Positions 17,853 to 26,016 of a stretch of 64,000 nt of DNA are shown in pieces. Source of the DNA: an uncultured bacterium. GTDB taxonomy: Bacteria > JAJVIF01 > JAGGVT01. How positions within the stretch are numbered: the first letter of the stretch is position 1; every line of letters begins with the position of its first letter. A program made the position numbers and the translations under genes. The notes under the pieces were generated by a model that did no database searches, had not been told where the DNA came from, and worked only from the letters and a program-made list of their open reading frames with translations. The stretch is from positions 72-64,071 of the forward strand of contig CBDURE010000002.1 of NCBI GenBank assembly GCA_965369605.1, read 5' to 3'.

Positions 17853-20800
17853 TTATTTCTGGTTATCATCTTCCCGAATCTCTTTATACACATCCTTTGT
17901 CATCAGTTTGGTCAGAACTTTTCTGAACTCCTTGTCATCATTATATCTAGCAAAGATGGAGGAATTTTGCTCCATTCGCTCAATGAAAAATCCCTCCAGA
18001 GCTTTCTTGAAAACCAGTCCGAAATTGTCCAGGCTATTTACTATTGCTTTCTCTCGTATGTTCTCATTGGATTTTGCATCTTCTTTGATCTGATCGAGGA
18101 ATAGCTGGTCAGCAGGCCTGAAATCTGTCCCGAATCTTTCATTCAGCACTTCAATGATTTCAGAAAGAGAAATCATATCTCCCTTTGGCTTACCGGTACC
18201 CACTTCAATGGGGCCTGAAACTTCTCCGCGTCTGCTTTCCTCAAGTGCGATTTTACCCTCACTGACCTTTTCAAGCCTGTAATATTTCAATGTGATCTCA
18301 TCATCGAAAAAGTATCTTTCCCCTGAACCCCTTCTGGGTATTTTGGAAAGGAACATGCGAATGTACGCATAAAGTTTCTCTAAATCAGAATCGTGATACG
18401 GGATCACCTGAGAGAGAAATGCATACAGATTCTTATATGTCATCAGAAGTTTTTTGAAACTTTCCTGATCCTTTTCCGACAAATCGTTAAATCTGACAAT
18501 CGCAGGATCTATAATCGAGTTCATTCGGGCATGATCTGTAGCGGTTTGCGAGGTTTTTGGCTTGAAGAAAATTTCACAAAATGCGTGAACCTCCTCTTTA
18601 TGATAAACCTGATATTCATCGAGTTTCTTGGAAATATCATACAGCTGTTGTGGATCAGCATCTTCACCAACAGTGGTTTCTTCATAATAAGGTTGGAAAG
18701 CTTCTTTTATTTCTTCAGCATCGTTTACGAAATCCAGAATGAAAGTATCATCTTTTCCGGGATGTTTGCGGTTCAAGCGAGATAGCGTCTGCACTGCTCG
18801 AATCCCTGACAGCCTTTTATCCACATACATTGTGTGAAGCAATGGTTGGTCATAACCTGTCTGATACTTGTCCGCTACTATCAAGACCTGATATTCGTCA
18901 GTGGCAAACTGCTTAGGGAGTTCGCTTTCACGGATACCTTTGTTCATTCCCTCCTCTGTATATGACATTTCAGCACCTTTTTCACCAATGCTTAGTTTTC
19001 CCGAAAACGCTACAAGTGTTCTTATGTAATTGTAACCTTGCTCTTTTATGTATTTATCAAAAGCTTGCTTGTAAAGTACTGCCTGAGATCGAGAACTGGT
19101 TACCAGCATTGCCTTGGATGTTCCGCCTATTTTATGTCGTGTAAACTGGTTGAAATGTTCTATCATCACCTCTGTTTTTTGAGCGATGTTGTGAGGATGA
19201 AGAGTCATAAAACGTGCAAGAGCGCGTTGAGCCTTTTTCTTATCGACTTGAGGATCATCCGGGATTGCTTTTATCAGTTTGTAGTATGTTTTGTAAGTGG
19301 TGTAATTCTTAAGTACATCGAGAATAAAATTCTCCTCAATGGCTTGTCTCATGCTGTAAAGATGGAACGGAACAGGCTTGCCATCCTCACCTTTTCTACC
19401 GAATACCTGTAATGTTTTATATTTTGGTGTTGCCGTAAAAGCAAAGAAACTGATATTGGGTTGCTTTTGCCGTGCAAGCATCGTGCGAAGAATTTCCTCT
19501 TCATAATCAGGCGTTTCTTCAGTTATTTCCATTTCGACAGCTTCTTCGAGTGAACTTGCGGATAGCACTTTTTTCATTTTGATTGCACTTTCACCGGATT
19601 GCGAACTGTGCGCTTCATCGATTATTACAGCATATTTCCTCTTTGGAAGTTCGCTTGCCAGTTCTGTAATGAACGGAAATTTTTGAAGTGTGGTGATTAT
19701 TATCGAGCCACCTGATTTTAACGCTTCCCCAAGTTGCTTGGAGCGTTTGTCTATCCGTTGGACAACCCCCTGTTTGTGCTCAAACTGATAGATGTTATCC
19801 TGTAACTGTTTATCGAGGACACGTCGATCCGTAACAACAATCACGGCATCAAAGACCTTCTCATCCGATTCAGTATGAAGATTAAACAACCTGTGAGCAA
19901 GCCAGCCGATTGAATTGCTCTTACCGCTTCCCGCACTGTGCTGGACAAGGTAATTATGGCCTGCCATTTCCTCTCGTGATGCGGATTCAAGTTTCCTGAC
20001 TGAATCCAGCTGGTGATATCGCGGGAAGATCATCTTCTCTTTAATAACTACCTTTCGACCAATCTTCCTTTCCTCTTTTTGCATGTGGATAAATCTTGAG
20101 ATAATATCCAGCCAACTATCCCGGTGCCATACCTGTTCCCATAGGTAGTGGGTTTTGTGCTTCCCATCAACAGGAGGATTTCCAGAGCCATGCTCGTATC
20201 CAAGATTGAAGGGAAGGAAAAACGTATCCTTTCCTTCAAGTTTCGTGGTCATGTAAACCTGGTCGGTGTCAACTACGAAATGAACCAGTGAACGTTTCTT
20301 GAACTGGAAAAGTTTTTCCCGCGGATCGCGTGTTGTCTTGTACTGCTTCATCCCATCCTCAACTGACTGTCCGGTCATCTGGTTTTTAAGCTCAGCCGTA
20401 GCGACCGGAATACCGTTAAGGCTAAGCACAAGATCAACCGACTTGTCATTATCCCTGCTGAAATGAATCTGACGTGCTACTCCCAGACGGTTCTTCGAGT
20501 AAAGCTCAATCGTTTCGGGATTCAGGTTAAATGCGGGTTTGAAGAATGCCATCTTGATTTTATTGCCATAAACCTTGAATCCATGGCGGATAACATCGAG
20601 GCTGTGATGCTCATCCGAATCAAGGAACTTAATCAACGAATCGATTATTGCCTTTTCTGTATCCTCTCCAAGTTGAGCCTCAAGCTTATCCCAGGTATCG
20701 GGTTGAGTGTCGCGGATAAAGCGGATAACCTCATCCGGGAATAATGCAAGTCCGCGGTCATATTCTGATTCAGGCAACTGAATGTACTTCTCGACTACGA

Positions 20801-20855
20801 GAAGATATGTCTCGATAAAATCCTCAAATGCTTCTTCTTTGTATGACTCAACCAT
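17853..20855 (-). CDS. hsdR: Type I restriction enzyme R subunit
   Basis: N-terminal PD-(D/E)XK block VDLVLSLNGIPVATAELKN, helicase motif I QHSAGSGKSNS, DEAH box VIIDEAHSSQSG, motif VI-like QTLSRLNR. 1000 aa. Confidence 0.92.
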   Translation of the reverse strand: MVESYKEEAFEDFIETYLLVVEKYIQLPESEYDRGLALFPDEVIRFIRDTQPDTWDKLEAQLGEDTEKAIIDSLIKFLDSDEHHSLDVIRHGFKVYGNKIKMAFFKPAFNLNPETIELYSKNRLGVARQIHFSRDNDKSVDLVLSLNGIPVATAELKNQMTGQSVEDGMKQYKTTRDPREKLFQFKKRSLVHFVVDTDQVYMTTKLEGKDTFFLPFNLGYEHGSGNPPVDGKHKTHYLWEQVWHRDSWLDIISRFIHMQKEERKIGRKVVIKEKMIFPRYHQLDSVRKLESASREEMAGHNYLVQHSAGSGKSNSIGWLAHRLFNLHTESDEKVFDAVIVVTDRRVLDKQLQDNIYQFEHKQGVVQRIDKRSKQLGEALKSGGSIIITTLQKFPFITELASELPKRKYAVIIDEAHSSQSGESAIKMKKVLSASSLEEAVEMEITEETPDYEEEILRTMLARQKQPNISFFAFTATPKYKTLQVFGRKGEDGKPVPFHLYSMRQAIEENFILDVLKNYTTYKTYYKLIKAIPDDPQVDKKKAQRALARFMTLHPHNIAQKTEVMIEHFNQFTRHKIGGTSKAMLVTSSRSQAVLYKQAFDKYIKEQGYNYIRTLVAFSGKLSIGEKGAEMSYTEEGMNKGIRESELPKQFATDEYQVLIVADKYQTGYDQPLLHTMYVDKRLSGIRAVQTLSRLNRKHPGKDDTFILDFVNDAEEIKEAFQPYYEETTVGEDADPQQLYDISKKLDEYQVYHKEEVHAFCEIFFKPKTSQTATDHARMNSIIDPAIVRFNDLSEKDQESFKKLLMTYKNLYAFLSQVIPYHDSDLEKLYAYIRMFLSKIPRRGSGERYFFDDEITLKYYRLEKVSEGKIALEESRRGEVSGPIEVGTGKPKGDMISLSEIIEVLNERFGTDFRPADQLFLDQIKEDAKSNENIREKAIVNSLDNFGLVFKKALEGFFIERMEQNSSIFARYNDDKEFRKVLTKLMTKDVYKEIREDDNQK

Positions 20856-20910
20856 GTTTTATCATTCCAATATGTATATTATAGATTAATTCATCTCTAA
20901 GTAGTAATCT

Positions 20911-21396
20911 CTATTCTATTCGTGCGGTAAATTTAATTCCTAATTCATTTACAAAAGTTATATCGCTTATACATCTAATTTCAAAATGTTTACATACATC
21001 GGGAATCTTAATTCTTTTACTTTTCGGATCTACTATTGGATATTCCTTGCTAACTACAACAGCATCGTCCACTGCAGCTTGTGCAATCACCCAAGGATCA
21101 GCCATTGACCTGTTTGCCCCAACACTTATTAAGCGAGGGAAAATTTTTAATATCTCTCGTACCTTTAACTGGATGGGTTGTAAAGCTGGTTTAAAGAAAT
21201 AAGGTCTTTGAATTAACCACTCATTTAAAAGATCGTCAACTTTCAAAATTTCTTGTTTGACCTCATCTGGGCTGAATATTACATTGTTTTGTGCAAGTTC
21301 ATCAAGAATAATCCAGTAATCAGGAATTAACTGAGGAGAATAATAAAAGTTCCATGGTTGAATATAGGCGTTTGAATCTAAACAATATTTGGTCAT
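20911..21396 (-). CDS. DUF4411-family (PIN-like) protein
   Basis: N-terminal YCLDSNAYIQPWNFYY...PDYWIILDEL...SPDEVKQEI matches my memory of the DUF4411 consensus. 1-nt overlap with the upstream peptidase gene. Confidence 0.6.
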   Translation of the reverse strand: MTKYCLDSNAYIQPWNFYYSPQLIPDYWIILDELAQNNVIFSPDEVKQEILKVDDLLNEWLIQRPYFFKPALQPIQLKVREILKIFPRLISVGANRSMADPWVIAQAAVDDAVVVSKEYPIVDPKSKRIKIPDVCKHFEIRCISDITFVNELGIKFTARIE

Positions 21397-22619
21397 TATA
21401 TCTCTCCTCCTTCAATTTCTTGATTGGTCAGATGAAGACCTGCATGTTTAGCTAGTTTAGGAAAATTATTTATTTTCCAATCAAGAAGGCGCGATGCTTC
21501 CAATCCTGATACCCTACCCTCAAAATAGGCGATCAAAACTGTTCGAGAGAAAGTTCGTCCATTTTTAATAACTCTCAACAGATGTGGAGGAGGGCCATAT
21601 TCGCTTTCCTGCATTTTTTTTCTTTCATCATCCCGCAGGTTTTTCCACCTTTCAATATAATGTTTGCGTAGTAAATTATACTGAGCATTATCAATAATTC
21701 GATGATTCAGTAATCGACGTGCAACTACTTCTTCACTAACTTGAATGTTATTAGATACTGAAGTGATGCGTTTTTCGATTGTTCCTCGATCATCTGTTTC
21801 TTTCCAAAGATTTATGAAATCACACTCTTCTAAAAGTGTTAAGCTTGCCACAGAATTACAGAAGATTTCAATCCTATCCTTTTCGGAATCGACGTTCGAA
21901 CCAATATTTTCGAGATTTGAAATCCCGGTAGTATTTATCCAGATATGAGCCAACTCATGAGTTAATGTAAATAATCGTCCAGCTCTTGCATCAGAGCTAT
22001 TAATCCAGATAAAAGGCGCATATTTGTCGTTAAGTGAGAATCCTCTTGCTTCTTCGCATTCTATTTCCCCCGTAAAACAAACATTTATACCAATTTCTTC
22101 TACTCTCTCTGCCCAGAAATTTAATGCATTTCGTCGTGTTCTTAGTGTTTTTTGATCTTGGAATGTAATATTTAATTTTTCACGAATTGCATGCGCAACT
22201 GATGATGGTTCGGAATTTATATTTGCGGAACCAATATAATCAAGGGGATCTTCTCCTGTTGAAGAGCGCCATTCACTCAGCCAACTTCGACGGTTATCAA
22301 CCATACGTATTAAAAAAGCAAGTTCCGGAGTATATCCTGAACTTCTTTCTGATGGAAGGCAACGAAAGTCGCGCAAAACCTCCATTCCTTCGGGTGGTTC
22401 GGGTAGAAAGAAGACAGCTAGAGCACTTTTATAAACTTCAGCTGCTTTACGTAATTGGGCAAGTGTTGGTTTTATTTCACCATCCTCACTTTCCCATTGT
22501 TGAATCACGTCTTCCGTTCTTCCTATGCGCTTTGCAGCAGCACTTATGTCTAATCGACTTCTCTCACGAGCCCATTTCATAACGGATGGTGTAACAAGCG
22601 CTTCTATGCTTTGAGACAT
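21396..22619 (-). CDS. XRE-type HTH fused to ImmA/IrrE (M78-like) zinc metallopeptidase
   Basis: N-terminal HTH (AAAKRIGRTEDVIQQWESEDGEIKPTLAQLRKAAEVY). HEXXH in TLTHELAHIWIN. Confidence 0.8.
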   Translation of the reverse strand: MSQSIEALVTPSVMKWARERSRLDISAAAKRIGRTEDVIQQWESEDGEIKPTLAQLRKAAEVYKSALAVFFLPEPPEGMEVLRDFRCLPSERSSGYTPELAFLIRMVDNRRSWLSEWRSSTGEDPLDYIGSANINSEPSSVAHAIREKLNITFQDQKTLRTRRNALNFWAERVEEIGINVCFTGEIECEEARGFSLNDKYAPFIWINSSDARAGRLFTLTHELAHIWINTTGISNLENIGSNVDSEKDRIEIFCNSVASLTLLEECDFINLWKETDDRGTIEKRITSVSNNIQVSEEVVARRLLNHRIIDNAQYNLLRKHYIERWKNLRDDERKKMQESEYGPPPHLLRVIKNGRTFSRTVLIAYFEGRVSGLEASRLLDWKINNFPKLAKHAGLHLTNQEIEGGEI

Positions 22620-22621
22620 TA

Positions 22622-23980
22622 TTAACCATCTCCCTTACATGGGTTAGCGAAAACAGCAATTTTACCTGTCACCACAGCTGAAATCAATGCTGATCTATAT
22701 TCCTTAAATTTCTCGATTGATTCTGTCGTTTTCTTTATGATTGAATCAAGTTTAGTGGTTTCCCGGTCAAGGAAAACAGCGATAGCTTTCTGTTCCTCAA
22801 AAGGAGGAATTCCGATTTTGAAATTTTCAATGAATTCAGCAGGGACACGTTTTTGACCTGCTGCCCCTTTCATTTCCATTTCACCATACTTCATAAATTG
22901 ATTAGATTTCGTGATGCAGTACAAATAATGAGGGTCAATATTCTGATTGGCCCTCAAAACATGGAGTTCCGTTGTTCCAAAACCAACACCATTTAACAAT
23001 CCTTTAGCTAATGAACCTTTTCCATTTTCAAAACATGGAGTGATTTTAGCGATGATAATATCACCATCTTCAAAATATGTAAAACTTGAATAAACATCAT
23101 CTATTGGGCGTTCTTCTTCAAGTAATAACTGACCTTCTGTTGAAATATTTTCCATCGGTAAAAAGGAAACATCATAGCCATACTTTAATTTCAATTGTGA
23201 TTTCACAGGATTTATCAGAGCAGCATACCTTAACCTCTTCACTTCCCAATGACTCGGAATCTCCCCCAGCCACTCGACACCAGAATCCTTCATCGGCACG
23301 GATAGATCAAGCCCTTTCGTAACCGCCTGACTTATCAAAGCAGTGCGTTTCTCGCTGAGCAGTTGGATAAGTTTTTGCTTTTTCTCGATAAGAGCGTCGA
23401 GTTTAGAAAGTTTCAATCTGAGAAAATCAACTATTAGAATTTGTTCTTCGAATGGAGGTCTTGTAATCAAAACTTCATTAATTAAACCACTGCTTAGATT
23501 TGTTAAACCAGTTGTGGAATTACCCAATAGATTGAATTGTTCTCTACCGATACATGAATTTAAGATATATCTTAGAAATATTGGGTTGTAGTTTTTATTA
23601 GTTCTTAGTCTTTGCATGAAATTAGAAAAGCAACATTTTAAATCTTCGATTTCTTTCGAAACTAGAGCAGTTTTCCCCAAATGTAATGCACTCCCACTTG
23701 ATTTGGTTATCAATAAATCTCCTTCCTTTAGTAATCCAGAGGCGATTTCATGTGAGCTAAGTTTACGTTTGGCAGGCTCTTTTATCTTCCATTCACCAGC
23801 AACATTCATTTCTGTTGACCTTAACACAATTGTTCCGTCATCATCAAAATCCTCACCCCATACACCCCCGTCATTTCTTTGTAAAATGCGTTTAGTCGGT
23901 GCGACTTCCCAATGACTTGGGATCTTTCCTAACCATTCAACGCCGGAATCCTTATACTTAGGATAAGGTTTATATTTCAC
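22622..23980 (-). CDS. hsdS: Type I restriction-modification specificity subunit
   Basis: Two target-recognition halves, each opened by a near-identical DSGVEWLGKIPSHWEV / DSGVEWLGEIPSHWEV. Conserved coiled-coil spacers: LIEKKQKLIQLLSEKRTALISQAVTKG and KFKEYRSALISAVVTGKI. Confidence 0.92.
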   Translation of the reverse strand: MKYKPYPKYKDSGVEWLGKIPSHWEVAPTKRILQRNDGGVWGEDFDDDGTIVLRSTEMNVAGEWKIKEPAKRKLSSHEIASGLLKEGDLLITKSSGSALHLGKTALVSKEIEDLKCCFSNFMQRLRTNKNYNPIFLRYILNSCIGREQFNLLGNSTTGLTNLSSGLINEVLITRPPFEEQILIVDFLRLKLSKLDALIEKKQKLIQLLSEKRTALISQAVTKGLDLSVPMKDSGVEWLGEIPSHWEVKRLRYAALINPVKSQLKLKYGYDVSFLPMENISTEGQLLLEEERPIDDVYSSFTYFEDGDIIIAKITPCFENGKGSLAKGLLNGVGFGTTELHVLRANQNIDPHYLYCITKSNQFMKYGEMEMKGAAGQKRVPAEFIENFKIGIPPFEEQKAIAVFLDRETTKLDSIIKKTTESIEKFKEYRSALISAVVTGKIAVFANPCKGDG

Positions 23981-26013
23981 TTCAAGACCTCCTTCAAAAG
24001 CCTGTCAGTATCCGCTTCAAGTGCCTTTATCTCCCCTTCAATCTCCTCCAATGGTCTCAATGGCTTGTACTCATAGAAATGCCGCGTTAGAGGTATCTCA
24101 TAGCCTTTCTTTGTCTTGTCGTGGTCAATCCATGCGTCCGGGACATGCGGAATGACCTCCCGTTGGAAATAATCCTCGATATCCTCTTTTACGGGAATAT
24201 TCTCATTATCCCGCAGTTCCTTGTCAGGTTCAGGATTGCGCTTTTTATCGAGGCAAATATCAGCGGTCTCATCCCGTTCGGAAAGCCCCGCAAGAATCGC
24301 CTTTTTAATGGGAGCTTTCAGGATGATTCCCTTTTCCTTGACCGCAATATCAATTGCTTTTTCAAACTCATCCCGATTTTTGTAAACCTTGCCACTCTTG
24401 ATGGTTTCCAGAGCGCCGATAATCCGCTCTTGAAGTTTCTGCCCCTCCTCGATTTCCTTTTGTGCAATCTCATTTTTCTTTTTACGCGCCTTTGCCAGGT
24501 TCTTAAACGCATTCTCCTCTTTCAGTATTTCAATCCGCTCAGGTGTTATCTGGAAGTTAAGGCGCAGCGGACGTTCAACAGTAATTCGCCAGTATGCAAA
24601 ATCATCATTATCGAAAATCTTGCAATTCCCGGTCTCCTTGAATGCGCCTAGAATCCGGGTTATCTCCTCAATTTGCTTATCTGAGATATAGTTACGCTTG
24701 TTTCCAAGTGATTTACGCATCTTCTTGAAATAATCAACCGCATTGATTAATTGAATTTTGCCCTTTCGCTTTTTAGTCTTACGATTTGTGAGAATCCAAA
24801 TATAGGTGAAAATGCCTGTGTTATAGAACAGTTGATCGGGCAACGCGATGATTGCCTCAAGCAAGTCATTCTCAATAATCCATTGACGGATATTGCTCTC
24901 CCCTGAACCTGCTGACCCGGTGAACAGAGGTGATCCATTAAAAACAATAGCTAGCCGAGAACCGTTGTTGGTCTCCTTCATTTTGGATATCATGTGCTGA
25001 AGGAACATAAACGAGCCATCATTGATTCGAGGAAGCCCGGCGCCGAATCGCCCATTGTAACCAAGTTTATCAAATTCATCGCGGATGAAATTCTCAATTT
25101 TTTTCCACTCGACACCAAATGGCGGATTGGAGAGCATGTAATCAAACTTGCTACCAGCGAAGCCATCCCTGGTAAAACTATTTCCAAATTTTATGTTGTC
25201 GGGGTCTTCCCCTTTGATCATGATGTCGGAGTTGCAAATTGCGAATGACTCATCATTAAGTTCCTGACCGAACAAATTTAATTCAGCATTCGGGTTCAGT
25301 TCCTTCAAGTACTCATCGGCGATAGACAGCATTCCACCTGTACCGCATGCCGGATCATACAGAGTTTTGATTATTCCCTTTCGAGTCAGGATGTCATGAT
25401 CTTCAATAAACAGCAGGTTCACCATTAATCGGATAACTTCGCGAGGAGTGAAGTGCTCACCAGCAGTTTCATTTGATTGCTCTGAGAAACGTCGGATTAA
25501 CTCCTCGAAGATATATCCCATCTCCTCATTGGAGACTTTATCAGGATGCATATCGATTTCATTGAAGCGTTTGACAATCATGAAAAGCGAATCCACTTCA
25601 TCCAATTTATCAATCTGCGTGTCAAAATCAAACCTTTCGATAATCTCTCTTGCCCTGGTTGAAAAACCATTGATATACGCCTTCAGATTCTCAGCAATCT
25701 TGTTTGGGTCAGCGGTGAGTTTGTCAAAATCGAGTTTACTCCGATTGTGGAAAGATTTCCGCCCTGATTCCTTGTTAAGAATAGGATCAAGGTTCTTCAA
25801 CTTCCCCTTTTTCAACTGCTCATATTTTTTAAGAACTTTGTCCTTGGTTGGAGCCAGAACGCAATCAAGGCGACGTAGCACGGTCATAGGCAGGATAACC
25901 TTACCGTAGTCCGCACGTTTGTAATCGCCACGCAATATCTCAGCGAGACTCCAGATAAATTGCACTTTGTCATTAAAGTTATTTTTCATAGGTTTCATCT
26001 CTTTCTTTTTCAC
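23977..26013 (-). CDS. hsdM: Type I restriction-modification N6-adenine DNA methyltransferase subunit
   Basis: HsdM N-terminal FIWSLAEILRGDYKRADYGKVILPMTVLRRLD, motif I YDPACGTGGML, motif IV LSNPPFGVEW. 4-nt overlap with hsdS. Confidence 0.92.
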   Translation of the reverse strand: MKKKEMKPMKNNFNDKVQFIWSLAEILRGDYKRADYGKVILPMTVLRRLDCVLAPTKDKVLKKYEQLKKGKLKNLDPILNKESGRKSFHNRSKLDFDKLTADPNKIAENLKAYINGFSTRAREIIERFDFDTQIDKLDEVDSLFMIVKRFNEIDMHPDKVSNEEMGYIFEELIRRFSEQSNETAGEHFTPREVIRLMVNLLFIEDHDILTRKGIIKTLYDPACGTGGMLSIADEYLKELNPNAELNLFGQELNDESFAICNSDIMIKGEDPDNIKFGNSFTRDGFAGSKFDYMLSNPPFGVEWKKIENFIRDEFDKLGYNGRFGAGLPRINDGSFMFLQHMISKMKETNNGSRLAIVFNGSPLFTGSAGSGESNIRQWIIENDLLEAIIALPDQLFYNTGIFTYIWILTNRKTKKRKGKIQLINAVDYFKKMRKSLGNKRNYISDKQIEEITRILGAFKETGNCKIFDNDDFAYWRITVERPLRLNFQITPERIEILKEENAFKNLAKARKKKNEIAQKEIEEGQKLQERIIGALETIKSGKVYKNRDEFEKAIDIAVKEKGIILKAPIKKAILAGLSERDETADICLDKKRNPEPDKELRDNENIPVKEDIEDYFQREVIPHVPDAWIDHDKTKKGYEIPLTRHFYEYKPLRPLEEIEGEIKALEADTDRLLKEVLK

Positions 26014-26016
26014 TTT

